From NCBI RefSeq assembly GCF_001194135.2, contig NC_068995.1:22195519-22232784 (forward strand): a stretch of 37,266 nucleotides of DNA. Direction: 5' to 3'. Source of the stretch: Octopus bimaculoides. Lineage: Eukaryota. The position numbers and the translations under genes were made by a program. Of this stretch, positions 10,180 to 22,338 are shown piece by piece; the stretch's first letter is position 1; the number at the start of each line of letters is the position of its first letter. The notes under the pieces are model-generated. The model saw only the letters and a program-made list of their open reading frames with translations, did not search any database and had not been told where the DNA came from.

Positions 10180-11402
10180 GTGGTTGGCAATTCTATATTT
10201 GCATGATAATGCATCCTAAATCAAGTTTGAAAGGCCATAATCAAGCCTGTCCTTTTATGGTTATTCAAGATAGTTTTATGCAACCTTGCAGCTTATAAAA
10301 TTCTAGTCTGAGAAATATGTCCCCTTTTTCCCATTTCATGATGTATAATGTAGCATTCTAATTAGTTTCTTTTATATTTTATTTCCGATGACGTCAGGTC
10401 AATAGAGCCTATCTTGTACATAACTCTCCGTATCATACTATACCCCTGTGTCCTGTGTTTGTTTATTATATTAAACAAAATAATAGTATCAAGAGGGAAA
10501 TAATTCCAATATTCCTCTACTTTGCACTATTACATTATGAACAAATTATGGGCTTTATATCATGATATTTGTTCTATAATTTTTCTATTAATTTAATGGA
10601 TTTCTATTTCTGTATTTCTTTACTCGTCTAAGTTCAGTAATTCACTATCCTTATTCTCGCCTTATGATCTTTATATTATATTATACGCCAAATGTGTATA
10701 AAAATTAGTTTTAAAGAAAACCTGAAGCAAAAATTGTTACGTGTGCTGCACAGAATAACAAACTGAAAATCCAAACACTTGCATATCATGTGACAGTTTT
10801 TCCATCTTCCAACGATTTCTCATGCTTTGAAGTCATGTACGTTATTGATCCATATCGGTATCATCATTGAATCAATAAAAAGAACATTCTTTTGAATTAT
10901 GTCTGGAGAATAAACTTTATACTATTGGAGAATATAATGCATTAATATTTCAATAAATGACGGAATGAAATGAATACAGAAGATTTTACTTTGCTATTAT
11001 TGTAGCATAAGTGTCTCGCAATATAGTCTGTGACATGCTACACTATCTCAGCACATAGTTATTGAATATTCAAGCCCTTTAGGCTATTGAAACTTCAAAG
11101 AAAACTCTATGTCATTTCTCAACTCTTAGAAGAGTAAACCGACTTCTATGTAGGTGGTCTTAGCAACTTCAAGACTTTCCTTCATGGTGGAATTATATTA
11201 TAGGATCTAAATATATTCTAATTTCTTGAAATTAGTGCTTCCATGCAACTTAAATATAGGTAAAGTCACATGCTGAAAATATAAAGTATGATTTGTAAAA
11301 AGACTCGAGTATATGAAGATATCTAAATTGTTGTATAAGTTTGCGTGTGCTAAATCAGAAGTTATCAATGATACGTTTTATCACTTTAGAGACGTTGTGC
11401 AT

Positions 11403-11592
11403 TGGTTTCAACTTTTGGCTCAAGGACAGCAAGTCGACTCTATTCATCCCAATATTCAATTTATTTTATCGACCCTAAGGGATGAAGAGCTAAGTCGACC
11501 TGGGAGAAATTTGAAATCAGAACGTAAAGACGGACGAAATGCTGCCAAGCATTTTCCAGGCAAGCTAACGATTCTGCTAGTTCGCCGCCTTT
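11403..11592 (-). mobile_element. tRNA-derived SINE family 1 with 11-bp TSD (1 mismatch)
   Basis: Minus head aaggcggcgaactagcagaatcgttagc...; TSD ACGTTGTGCAT (11392-11402) / ACGTTGTACAT (11593-11603). Confidence 0.85.
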
Positions 11593-12771
11593 ACGTTGTA
11601 CATATACTGATACGTTACAAAATTTTTCAGTTCTGTGATATACATATAATTTAAGATGAAACACATTGTTATGACCTTGACTATCAATACATGATAATCT
11701 TGCTCATTTAATTAATAATGCATTATTAAATAAAATTTCGAAATAACATATGCATCTCTACAATTGCTTTTCTATGTTCATTGTATTTTATAGATGAAAC
11801 AATAAATTACAAGATGAAACAGTTGTTATCATGAATGTTTGCTACATGAAACGTAGTTTCATCCACTTCCATGCTATCCCTAGTTCCTGAGAAGAATTCA
11901 AAAATTAAAATTTTTTAAATAAAGCATGATTTTATTTAGAAATGCAACAGCTGCATAAGATAAGGTTTCTTTGACATTTGTTTCACTGGCATCATAATCA
12001 TTAAACTCAATGTCTGAAAGATGTTACACTATAAGTTTTAGCAATCGTTGAAAAATAAGTCTTGAAATAATTAAGAAAGAAACAATCTGCAGACCAAAAT
12101 GAGTGAAATGTATTAAGCCAATATAGATTTCTATTTAAAAATTATGCAAATTTAGGAACATTTATTAGAATGCGAAAATTTTATGACGTATTCATGAAAA
12201 AACTTAACCTATTACTTTGAATTAAAATGGTAATTTTTTAGGGATTTTAAATCTAATTTTATCACTTTCTCATTCGACTTTTATTCTTTTATTTTTATAT
12301 CGTTTTTAAAGAAAATCTAATGTATCTAACGTGGGGGAAATTGTGAGTAATATGTTGAAGACGTTTTTATTAACTACGTTTGACTTCATTCTTTATTATA
12401 GAATAATTGACTGTGGCAGTTATTATTACTAATGCCTCTGCTTTATCGCGACAATAGAAGTCTATCGATTGAACAATTATCCATCAAACAAAAGAAAGGA
12501 AAAATATAACCTCGAATGTCAGGCAATTAGTTGAAAGAAGTATTGTTTTCGAAATAACTTTATAGAGGTCATTAACCTTTGATGTTACTTAATAATCTTG
12601 GGCAGCAAAATTTCAAAATGAAACAAAAAAATTGTAACGCCAACATCATATATTTCATTGAAAATTCTAAAGTTCGAACTTCAGACTATCTTCTATGAGT
12701 TAGTAATATGATTAGTGAACTTGGAAACGAAATTGATTTGTCGATATTAACTGATACAGTTTATTTGATAT

Positions 12772-12880
12772 TGATATCATCAGTGAAAAAATTATATCAG
12801 CCTAAACGATTAATTTGGGTTGGAGGTGGTAAACATTCAATTATTATAGTGGAAATGAATATCTCCTGAAACCAATATTG

Positions 12881-12952
<72 letters not shown>

Positions 12953-13162
12953 GTGCGTGTGTCTCTGTATAGATATAGATAGAGAGATATATAGGGAGAG
13001 ATAGATAGAAAGATAGATATATATATACATATACATATATATGNNNNNNNNNNTGATATCATCAGTGAAAAAATTATATCAGCCTAAACGATTAATTTGG
13101 GTTGGAGGTGGTAAACATTCAATTATTATAGTGGAAATGAATATCTCCTGAAACCAATATTG

Positions 13163-13202
<40 letters not shown>

Positions 13203-13204
13203 AC
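12772..13204. other. About 150-bp identical duplication across a 10-N gap (assembly overlap artefact) plus (GT)n/(GATA)n
   Basis: 12772-~12922 is repeated from 13054; N at 13044-13053; the copies differ only in microsatellite length. Confidence 0.85.
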
Positions 13205-14143
13205 ATAATATGTTTAGAAGAATGGCGAATCAATGACATAATGTGGTAAATATCACTTCACTTAAATAATGTATCCAACGTCTTGATGTCTTCAGAAAAA
13301 AATATCGTTTATCTCTATAAAACGCAAATCGTAATATTATGATATTGGCTTTGAAGCTAACAATATTGACTTGAAATGTTAACTACAATATGATAGTAGT
13401 TTTACAAGAAAACAAAACGTTACATATATGTAATAGCTCTTTTAATGCATTTATAGGTTTCCGTATTACCGATATGGTTACGATATAAAGCAGAATAATA
13501 AATGTGGAGAATAACGTTTTAAATGAAATTGTAAATACCAGCTACCAATGTTTTTTTGGGTTTTTTTTTTTTTTTGTAATTTACGTAATGTTTTGCATAA
13601 AGATGCATTGCTGTAATTATGAAGAAGAATATTAGAAAAGAAATTTGCATGCACTAAAAATGGTCCACGGCAGCGTATGACACAAACACAATATTACATA
13701 GCGTTCCGGGCATATACTTTCGATACAGAAGAAATGCAGTTTATGTGGGAAAACATGCTTGTTTAAAGAGTGTATGAACATTTCTTGAAGTACGTAACAG
13801 CTAGAATATCTGCATGAAGGAAAGGTTATAAACAAATAACATTTGAATGAATTGGTGTCGCTGATTGACTTTCTCAGTGTATATAAATGTGTTACAATCA
13901 TACATATTTCTAAACGCTTGCAATTAAGGTTTACTTCTGGGAGATGAGCTTATTATTTATTTTTTATCGTGACTTATCTCTAAATGTCATATATGCTACT
14001 TTGATTTACTGTCTTTTGAGCTTTTTTTTGCAAGGGTGACACCTCATATTTATTCATCATTTAATCTCAGTCTAGTTCTACATTACTGTACCCACAATTT
14101 TGAACATAATCACACAAACTGACATATATCCATACGTACATAC

Positions 14144-14180
<37 letters not shown>

Positions 14181-14182
<2 letters not shown>

Positions 14183-14352
14183 GAGAAATTACGACAAAAA
14201 CAACAGACAGGTGGTGTAAACAACAAATGGATGTATTAGTTTAACGCTCGGGTATAGAGAAAGTCTTTGACGTTTCGAACCTACGCTCTTCAACTGAAAG
14301 GAACACAGAAAGAAACAAGAAAAAAATATAAACGTAGTGGTCAGCAATCGAT
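14181..14352 (-). mobile_element. Short (TA)n-anchored interspersed element (family A) with hammerhead-like motif at 14265-14300
   Basis: Reverse complement aligns to 15593-15775; the 3' end abuts (TA)n at 14149-14180. Confidence 0.7.
14265..14300 (-). ncRNA. Minimal type I hammerhead-like motif (core variant)
   Basis: Minus strand CTTT CAGTTGA A GAGC GTAG GTTC GAAA C G T C AAAG; G-U-C cleavage triplet; stem II retains pairing via G.U. Confidence 0.4.
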
Positions 14353-14994
14353 GTATATGTACGTTTGTATGTATGTATNNNNNNNNNNNNNNNNNNNNNN
14401 NNNNNNNNNNNNNNNNNNNNNNNNNNNNNNNNNNNNNNNNNNNNNNNNNNNNNNNNNNNNNNNNNNNNNNNNNNNNNNNNNNNNNNNNNNNNNNNNNNNN
14501 NNNNNNNNNNNNNNNNNNNNNNNNNNNNNNNNNNNNNNNNNNNNNNNNNNNNNNNNNNNNNNNNNNNNNNNNNNNNNNNNNNNNNNNNNNNNNNNNNNNN
14601 NNNNNNNNNNNNNNNNNNNNNNNNNNNNNNNNNNNNNNNNNNNNNNNNNNNNNNNNNNNNNNNNNNNNNNNNNNNNNNNNNNNNNNNNNNNNNNNNNNNN
14701 NNNNNNNNNNNNNNNNNNNNNNNNNNNNNNNNNNNNNNNNNNNNNNNNNNNNNNNNNNNNNNNNNNNNNNNNNNNNNNNNNNNNNNNNNNNNNNNNNNNN
14801 NNNNNNNNNNNNNNNNNNNNNNNNNNNNNNNNNNNNNNNNNNNNNNNNNNNNNNNNNNNNNNNNNNNNNNNNNNNNNNNNNNNNNNNNNNNNNNNNNNNN
14901 NNNNNNNNNNNNNNNNNNNNNNNNNNNNNNNNNNNNNNNNNNNNNNNNNNNNNNNNNNNNNNNTATATATATCTTGAAATACTAAACAGTAAAT

Positions 14995-15478
14995 TCATTC
15001 AATAAAATCGCCATTGGCTTCAGCTACGGTTTCCAGATGACTTCCGAATCACCTGCAAATCTTCTGGAGGTTTCCTTGTTTAAGTTGGTTAATGCTGCTA
15101 TAATGCTTGCCTTAAGTTCATCTTTTGTGCTACAATGAGTTTTGTTTCTCTTCCGCTCAACTGCGCCCACAAATAATAATCGAGGAGGTTGCAGTCTGGG
15201 AAGTTAGGTGGCAAGACTTTAGGGATGATGTGGTCACAGAAATTGTCTGACAGTCATGACTGGGTTATAATGCTTGTGGGGTATGATGCAGAGTTCTCTT
15301 GCCAGACATAGGGTCCTCCAGAAGCAACCCTCTAAACCTAGAGCAGCACTACCTCCTCTAGGAAAATGATGAAAGTCTACCTGTTGAGGTTGAGGTCGTG
15401 TGCGTAGATGAATGGAGGCATAACGTCGCCATCACTAGTGATCACTCCGAATACTATGATATTGACAGGTTGTTTGCC
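14995..15478 (-). mobile_element. Tc1/mariner superfamily DD37D (maT-type) transposase C-terminal fragment
   Basis: VFGVITSDGDVMPPFI, PYVWQEN(=QQD)...PPNFPDCNLLDY with 37 residues between the second and third catalytic positions, ending EANGDFIE*. Internal stops and frameshift. Confidence 0.85.
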
Positions 15479-15592
15479 TAACTGACCTTACTATAATGTG
15501 TAGTCGAGAAATCTAAAACAAACAATGGGCATGCGCGAAATTAAAAAGATAAACTGACGACAGGTTACCCATTACAGCCTGTTTATATCATG

Positions 15593-15775
15593 ATAGATCG
15601 CTAACGACTACACATATTTTTATCTCTCCTTGTTTCTTTCTGTGTTCCTTTCTGTGGAAGAGCGTAGGCTCGAAACGTTAAAGTCTTTTTCAATTACCGA
15701 GCGTTATACTAATACATCTGTTTGCTTTCTACACCACCTGTCTTCGTCTGTTGCTTTTTCTTGGTGAATTCTCCC
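15593..15775 (+). mobile_element. Short (TA)n-anchored interspersed element (family A) with hammerhead-like motif at 15648-15683
   Basis: Inverted homolog of 14181-14352; the 3' end (aattctccc) abuts (TA)n. Confidence 0.7.
15648..15683 (+). ncRNA. Minimal type I hammerhead-like motif (core variant)
   Basis: Stem I CTTT/AAAG; core CTGTGGA plus extra A; stem II GAGC-GTAG-GCTC; GAAA; palindromic ACGT stem III; H17=T. Confidence 0.4.
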
Positions 15776-16105
15776 TATATATATATNNNNNNNNNNNNNN
15801 NNNNNNNNNNNNNNNNNNNNNNNNNNNNNNNNNNNNNNNNNNNNNNNNNNNNNNNNNNNNNNNNNNNNNNNNNNNNNNNNNNNNNNNNNNNNNNNNNNNN
15901 NNNNNNNNNNNNNNNNNNNNNNNNNNNNNNNNNNNNNNNNNNNNNNNNNNNNNNNNNNNNNNNNNNNNNNNNNNNNNNNNNNNNNNNNNNNNNNNNNNNN
16001 ATATATATATATATATATATATACTTGACAGAAGTAAATAGACAATCGTATAATCATTAAAATTTATTTAGATCTGAAATTATACATTCAAATTAATCTT
16101 TTACT

Positions 16106-16497
16106 GTTTTACTTGTTTCAGTCATTTGACTGCGGCCATGCTGGAGCACCGTCTTTAGTCGAATCAAATTGACCCCAGGACTTATTCTTTGTAAGCCTAG
16201 TACTTATCCTATCGGTCTCTTTTTGCTGAACCGCTAAGTTACGGGGACCTAAACACACCAGCATCGGTTGGAGGGACAAACACAGATAAGCAACATATAC
16301 ACGCATACACACATATATATATATACATATATACGACGGGCTTCTTTCAGTTTCCTTCTACCAAATCCACTCACAAGGCTTTGGTCGGCCTGCGGCTATA
16401 GTAGAAGACACTTGCCCAAGGTGCCACGCAGTGGGAGTGAACCCGGAACCATGTGGTTGGTAAGCAAGCTACTTACCACACAGCCACTCCTGCGCCT
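16106..16497 (-). mobile_element. tRNA-derived SINE family 2, near full length, with internal (AC)/(TA) tract
   Basis: Minus head aggcgcaggagtggctgtgtggtaag (A box) ... ggttccgggttcactccc (B box); body ccttgggcaagtgtcttctactatagcc; tail ends gcatggccgcagtcaaatgactgaaacaag. Confidence 0.9.
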
Positions 16498-16528
16498 AAT
16501 TGTGTATTAATTGTTATAATGTGAATAT

Positions 16529-17222
16529 TTAATATTTAGTAGACATGTCCGTTGCCTTTTTCAATACAAGGACCTTATGAGGCATGTTACTGATCAGATG
16601 ATGAATATTTTCTGCTGCAATTACTTGCCACATTTCATGCAGTAATCTCAAAAGGTCCGGTATGAAGATGCTTTCTTGTTCTTTTTAAGATGTGTTCTGT
16701 CCATTATGTCCCAGAAGTGTTCAATACAGTTCATATCTGGTGGAAGCTTTTTAATGCCATTCTTATCCAACAATTCTTTGGTCATTTTAGCAGGGTGACA
16801 AGCAGCCCCATCTTCCATAAATAAAGAGTTGTCTTTAATCATTTAACCACTGGAGAACATTAGAAGGTGTCCTTTCCGTAATATGGACACATATTTATCT
16901 GAGTATATGTTTCCCTCACACTCCACCAGCTCTTATCAAACATTGCTCCAAATTGCTTCCCAGTCCATTACAGGATACCTGCTTGAGTTTCATTGTTGGT
17001 TGCAATCTTTTCGCGTCAAACTCTTGATCACAGATTCTCCAGACTCACGCTCGGCCACTAAGAAAATATACAAAATCTGGACTCATCAGAGAATATGACC
17101 GGGTCCCAAGATGATGGTGGTCTCTACACCATCTCAGTGGAACAATCTCTTCTCCCCTTGATGTTAGTTCGTCGAAGTGGCTTCCTTCTTACTGCCCTAC
17201 CACAGTAACCAAGTCTCTGGAG
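16529..17222 (-). mobile_element. Tc1-like (DD34E) transposase, 5'-truncated pseudogene
   Basis: VIFSDESRF, FMEDGAACH, PDMNCIEHFW, C-terminus ..MSTKY* (stop 16529-31). D-E spacing is 29, consistent with 34 minus a 5-codon deletion of the WPxxS motif. Confidence 0.85.
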
Positions 17223-18146
17223 ATGCCTGAGCTTCCAAATATATTTACTTAATCCGGTTGTGCAAATCTTATTTCTATTTTCTCTAAGTGTGTAGGTATG
17301 CGGCTAATCCTCGCTTCATTTCGTTTTGAGTAGCTCCTATACATATATGCTTACTAAACTGTGTTGTAACTGTGCACTGGTAAATTACATTTTTTTCTTT
17401 TACAAGTGTTCAACTGTTATTAAAGGTGCAATTATCTTTATTTCCGAAGTCACATAGGTTGTGTTGTGGGGAATAGTTGCTTACTGCTGTATTGGTGCAT
17501 ACATATGAATTATTATGAGGTGTATTTTGATTAACAGGGTTATTATAGTTGTTCGTATTATCAATTCTATGCTTGGGATGGTTATTGAGGTTGTTATATT
17601 TATTATCATTTTATTATTGTTATTATTGATATTGTCATTATTATTATTTCTATCTAATTAAAAAGTATCTAGTATTATTTTATTATCTAGGGGAGAATGA
17701 TGCTAGATAACTTATGTGTCAGACTGTAACCTATCTTTATTGTTTTGCTATTAATAATTTGCGAGTACCTGCTGTTCTTATCAAAGTGTATATTTACAGT
17801 GTTGAATATAGATTTGACTAAATCAGTTTTAATTTGTTTAGCATGCGGGAATATAAGCCAATCGCTATCTTTTGTTTTTTCCAATATTCCTACATACGGC
17901 ACATAGCATTCATCACATTCGAGTGATGAATGCTATGTTTATGTGTATTTGTATTTATCATCTTGTGATCTATGCTATACACATTAGTCTCTCCATTAGT
18001 GGTGCTACCATTAGGTTTCTTCTGATAATATTTTATGTTGTTAGTGTTGTTATGATTTGTGTTATTGTTGGTATTATTCGTACTGCACTTCATTCCCACC
18101 GTTATATTATTATTTTTATTATTATTATTATTGCTGTCGCAATTTC

Positions 18147-18180
<34 letters not shown>

Positions 18181-19719
18181 GGTGTCGCAATTTCTATTCT
18201 TGTTAGTGTTGGGTACTATAGCTTTCTGTACTTAATTGCTTAAGTTAGGTAAATTTCTATATTCCATATTATTGCTATTGATGTTATCAATATTATCATA
18301 TGGAATATACTTAATTTTACTTTTTTATCCTGCATTTTAGTGCCTTGTATTGTTGTTTATGTTTATTGAATAAACCCTCATTAGAAGAGAGATAAGAAAT
18401 TCTTTTACTAATGCTTTTGGAATAGCATCTTTTTATCGATTGTGGATGATCACTAAGAGTGTATATATTTTAAGTTACAGCTTGGTTTCATGTAAAGTTC
18501 ATGCAGTTCCGTATTAAAATTACAGTTAACGCCTAGGCAGGTTATTAAGAAGTTTTCATTCTCTATTTTGATAGAAAGTCTAAATCTATCGTAAAATTTG
18601 TACAAACGTTTGTTAAGTAGTTCTAGGCGCCGGCTAGAGGTATTTCTAATTTCAAAAAAAGTGCATCATCCCTGTAGAGATCCCCCTCCAAATTCTGGGA
18701 ATTCCTTATTTAGGTTGTCAAATAGTTATATTCTCATAAGTTCAGGCACTTCCGTTTAATCTGGGGATCCCATTGTTATATCAAAATAATTAGGGGTATC
18801 CTTTCTTGTCCATAATTTATTATCAAATTCAATATTAGACTTTCGGGTCGTAAGGATTACGCCGATTTCTTTCTACTGATCTTAGTGTGGTTCTTAGCAA
18901 AACTAAGAGCACTATTTAAGATAGTAGGGTTTATTGAGGAGTAGTGATTTTGAATATCTATTTGTAAAACTTTATATTTATCTTTATGTTGTATATTAGA
19001 GAACCAGCCTATTGCATTTTGGGTATTGGTCCATAATTCAAGTTTGATCTTTTTCCTAAGGGTAGGTATGGACTTATCTTGCCCTGCTAAGTTTTCTTAA
19101 ATCCTATTTAATGGGGGAAATTAATTTAATTTGGGTGTTACTTAAGAAGTTATCATTATGGTCCTTAATTTTAATTCAAGGTCTAATAGGTGTAAAAGGG
19201 TCTGTTCTATCATCTATATTACAATCAGTCATAATTTTGTTAGCATCTAATTTGATTGTTTTAAGAGTGCTTCTGGAAACTACTTTATATTTTTTTGTGA
19301 TTTCTCTATGGATCAGTTCATGATAAGTATTTATGTCCATGCTGTAAGTTTTTTTCTTGTTCTTCCTTAATCTGAATGTACTATTATTCCATTTGTAGAT
19401 TTTAATTCGAGAATGAGGTTCTTTAGATAAAAGAGGACCAGCATTTTTGCTCAAATGCATCAAGGTAACTCTTTGGTAGTGGCGTTGTTTGAGTTCTGAA
19501 AATTCCAGTGCTAAGGTCCTTATTATCCATGGTGTTGGTGTCGGGATAAGTTGGTTCATGCTTCCTGTCGTATTAGTAGGCTTTCCAACGTAGTCTATGG
19601 ATGGATTCATTGATTTTAAATATTAGTTCTTTAAGATAGATGTTCTTAAGGGGGATAGTAATATCCTTTACGGATGAATCAAGGATTAATCCACAACGTA
19701 CCATTTTAAGTTTAGTCAT
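17223..19719 (-). mobile_element. Penelope-like element, near-complete decayed ORF (N-terminus, RT, Asn-rich linkers, partial GIY-YIG)
   Basis: IHRLRWKAY, IKIKDH..F, WFSNI, IDIQNHYSSI, FDITMGSPD, LYRDDA (18662-18679), WLIFP, KTIKIGYS, NLCDF...C, NVIYQC...IGATQN, TTGLSKYIWKL. Numerous stops and frameshifts; possible ATG at 19717-19719. Confidence 0.9.
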
Positions 19720-19729
19720 TTACTTAACG

Positions 19730-20165
19730 TTGCTTTCACTGAATATCCCATTTCAAACGCTTCAAAACGTCGCAGTAGAAAACTCGATTGACGGTCTGAC
19801 ATTAGGGGACGAATTCCCGATGCACAATACCAAATTTCCGGGGGTGACGCTCATAGCTGATCTTCCAGGGCACACGTCGTCTTCCTAGAACGTCTTAAGC
19901 TTTTCAAGTGCCCGTTCCACTCGAAACATTGCGTACGAACCATTTCCACGTCACCGCAAGCTTGCCGAAGCATGCTCAATTTCTCTGTAGCCGAACTCCC
20001 ATGTTTCACGCAATAACTTACATTGGATATGTTTTACTGTGCATTATAAAATCGTAGATTGCAACATACACATGATCACACAAGTACACATTTTACAACT
20101 AACGAAGTAAACAGAGAAATGTCACTCGGCACGCTGGCTGATGAAGGTTTCCATGCTAAAAAGGG
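19730..20165 (-). mobile_element. Internally deleted mariner element (N-terminal HTH fused to a catalytic-domain fragment)
   Basis: ATEKLSMLRQACGD...TQCFEW, then a jump at about 19833 to GIVHREFVP..QTVN..FYCDVLKRL. The upstream boundary is approximate. Confidence 0.75.
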
Positions 20166-21863
20166 GAAAATGGACTTGACAGTATTTTATTAATTAAAGA
20201 CGGCTTTATATGAGACCGAAACATCGTGATCAACTTTGTGCGAATCTAAATTGAAGACACCTCTCAAACACATGTGTGTGTGTGTAACTTTGGTACGCGT
20301 ATACTATGTAATTGTTGTAATAAAATCTAATAATAATATATGTTGGTTATATATACAGTCGTCTAACCATTCAGTGTATTGAAGAAGTTTGCCAGTTAAT
20401 GTTTAAGTCTAAACATTTGACAAATATAATATCACCGACAGTAAATAAGTTACCAAAATGTTGCAGTATTATCTCTGCAATCAGTGGCCAAAATCTACAA
20501 TCGGTGACCGAAATATAACTAATATAACTCATAATCAGAGCCAGAATATTCTCAAATTGACTCTATTCGTCTAGGTAACCGAACTCTGAATAGCTTGAAT
20601 AAACTACGTCATTCATCGACGTCGAATTAGTAAACGCAAAACATTGCTTTAAAAACGGAAAGACATACTTTATAGAATTACAAGAAATACGATTATGTCA
20701 GATTTCGAAACTCTTTGATTAGTGCTTCGTTCTATGTAAAAACAAGAAATGTGCATAAGAAAAGACAACCATTGCAATCATTAACAACATTTTATAGTTT
20801 ACGAATGTTGTCTTACCTTCTAGTCCACAGTTTAAATTCTACTTCAAATGATATACCTGTACTACTTCAAATAATGCATCTCATTATTGCTGTCTTACAT
20901 TAGATAATATGTGTATCTCTGTTTACGTTCTATGTCTCTTTGCGTCTTGCATCTTAGTGCATGTATTCATATTCTCAGAAACAATGCATTCTGTATGTTT
21001 GATGCTTTAATACTTTGATGTTAACTTAATTTCAGTGTTAGGTTTGAAACATATTAAATGTATTAATAATGTTTCATAAATCAGTTGATAAAAATCAAAT
21101 TCATGTTCTACATAATATATTGGGCAAACATGTTTAAAATACACTGAACTTTTTATCGTAAACTACTAGGTAGTGATCGTTGTGGTAAAAATAGCTAAAT
21201 ATTGAAGCAACAGTTTAATGTATGCTCGCAAACAATACTGAAGGAGTAAAGAGATAGGTAAACAAATATCAGTATAATATACTTAGGCAGGGTAAAAGAA
21301 CATACTGTCTACAAAACCATAAAATATGGGTCACACAAAAATGTAAACTGCAATATGAATATCAGAAAATGGATGATAAAAAAAACACACATGACAAAAT
21401 GTGTTGAAGTCTATTATAAGATTAATTAACAGAAAGTTTATGAATACAGGAAAATTAGATGTTTTCTCAGAGTGAAATGACTAAAGCAGAATTGTTGTTG
21501 TCAAACTAGTTGACATTCATTCCGTTTGTACCCGGGATTTTATTTCACAATATTACAGTGGTATGAATGTTATACATTGATTATAATGCATTTTAAATTA
21601 ATAAACTTCGCATGCTATCGACGGCAAACGCAAGAATGCACCGTTTATTGTTACTAAACAACGTATTATAAACAACTGATGCAACATTGTGAGAGAATTA
21701 CTGTGTATGTAAGACAAGATTAACTGCCTGTGTACCATGCATTTCACCTCTACAAGTTGATTCAGAAGCAAACGGTTCCATGTAGTCCTGCTATGCAATA
21801 TAATGAATATAGACAAACACTATACAATTACACGTTTCAAATTTTACTTCATGCACACTCACA

Positions 21864-21864
<1 letters not shown>

Positions 21865-21935
<71 letters not shown>

Positions 21936-22117
21936 TATNNNNNNNNNNNNNNNNNNNNNNNNNNNNNNNNNNNNNNNNNNNNNNNNNNNNNNNNNNNNNN
22001 NNNNNNNNNNNNNNNNNNNNNNNNNNNNNNNNNNNNNNNNNNNNNNNNNNNNNNNNNNNNNNNNNNNNNNNNNNNNNNNNNNNNNNNNNNNNNNNNNNNN
22101 NNNNNNNNNNTATATAT

Positions 22118-22148
<31 letters not shown>

Positions 22149-22175
22149 AGCAATGTTAATTATATATATATATTT
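21865..22175. repeat. (CA)n, (GATA)n, (TA)n around gap 21939-22110
   Basis: Direct. Confidence 0.95.
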
Positions 22176-22338
22176 CACGTAGGTATAGCAATATTGATAA
22201 CCCGGAGGTAGATTTCAATAGAATTATGCTTCAGAACAAAGAAGCAGTTGAGTACTGAGCAGTATTAAGAAGCTAAAATGACGAAGGAATAAGAAATTAT
22301 GTCGTGAACTTCATTAGCTACTTATTGATAATAATATT

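Noticed and set aside
12772-13204. Apparent 150-bp tandem duplication
   Set aside because: The copies are identical, begin exactly at a 10-N gap and end in a microsatellite: a classic unmerged contig overlap.
13632-13830. Minus ORF with ERYVILCLCH, GPCR DRY-like, behind a good acceptor
   Set aside because: No transmembrane helices of adequate length around it and no other GPCR motifs; the resemblance is too loose.
15554-15582. CTGACGA followed by a CAGG/CCTG stem
   Set aside because: No GAAA or stem III after the stem.
20138-20175. CTGATGA ... GAAA
   Set aside because: GAAA is consumed by the only plausible stem, there is no stem I or III, and it lies in a mariner leader.
20813-20860. 40-nt minus exon candidate (GISFEVEFKLWTR) with donor AAG|gtaaga
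   Set aside because: The acceptor lacks a polypyrimidine tract; a single donor match is expected by chance.
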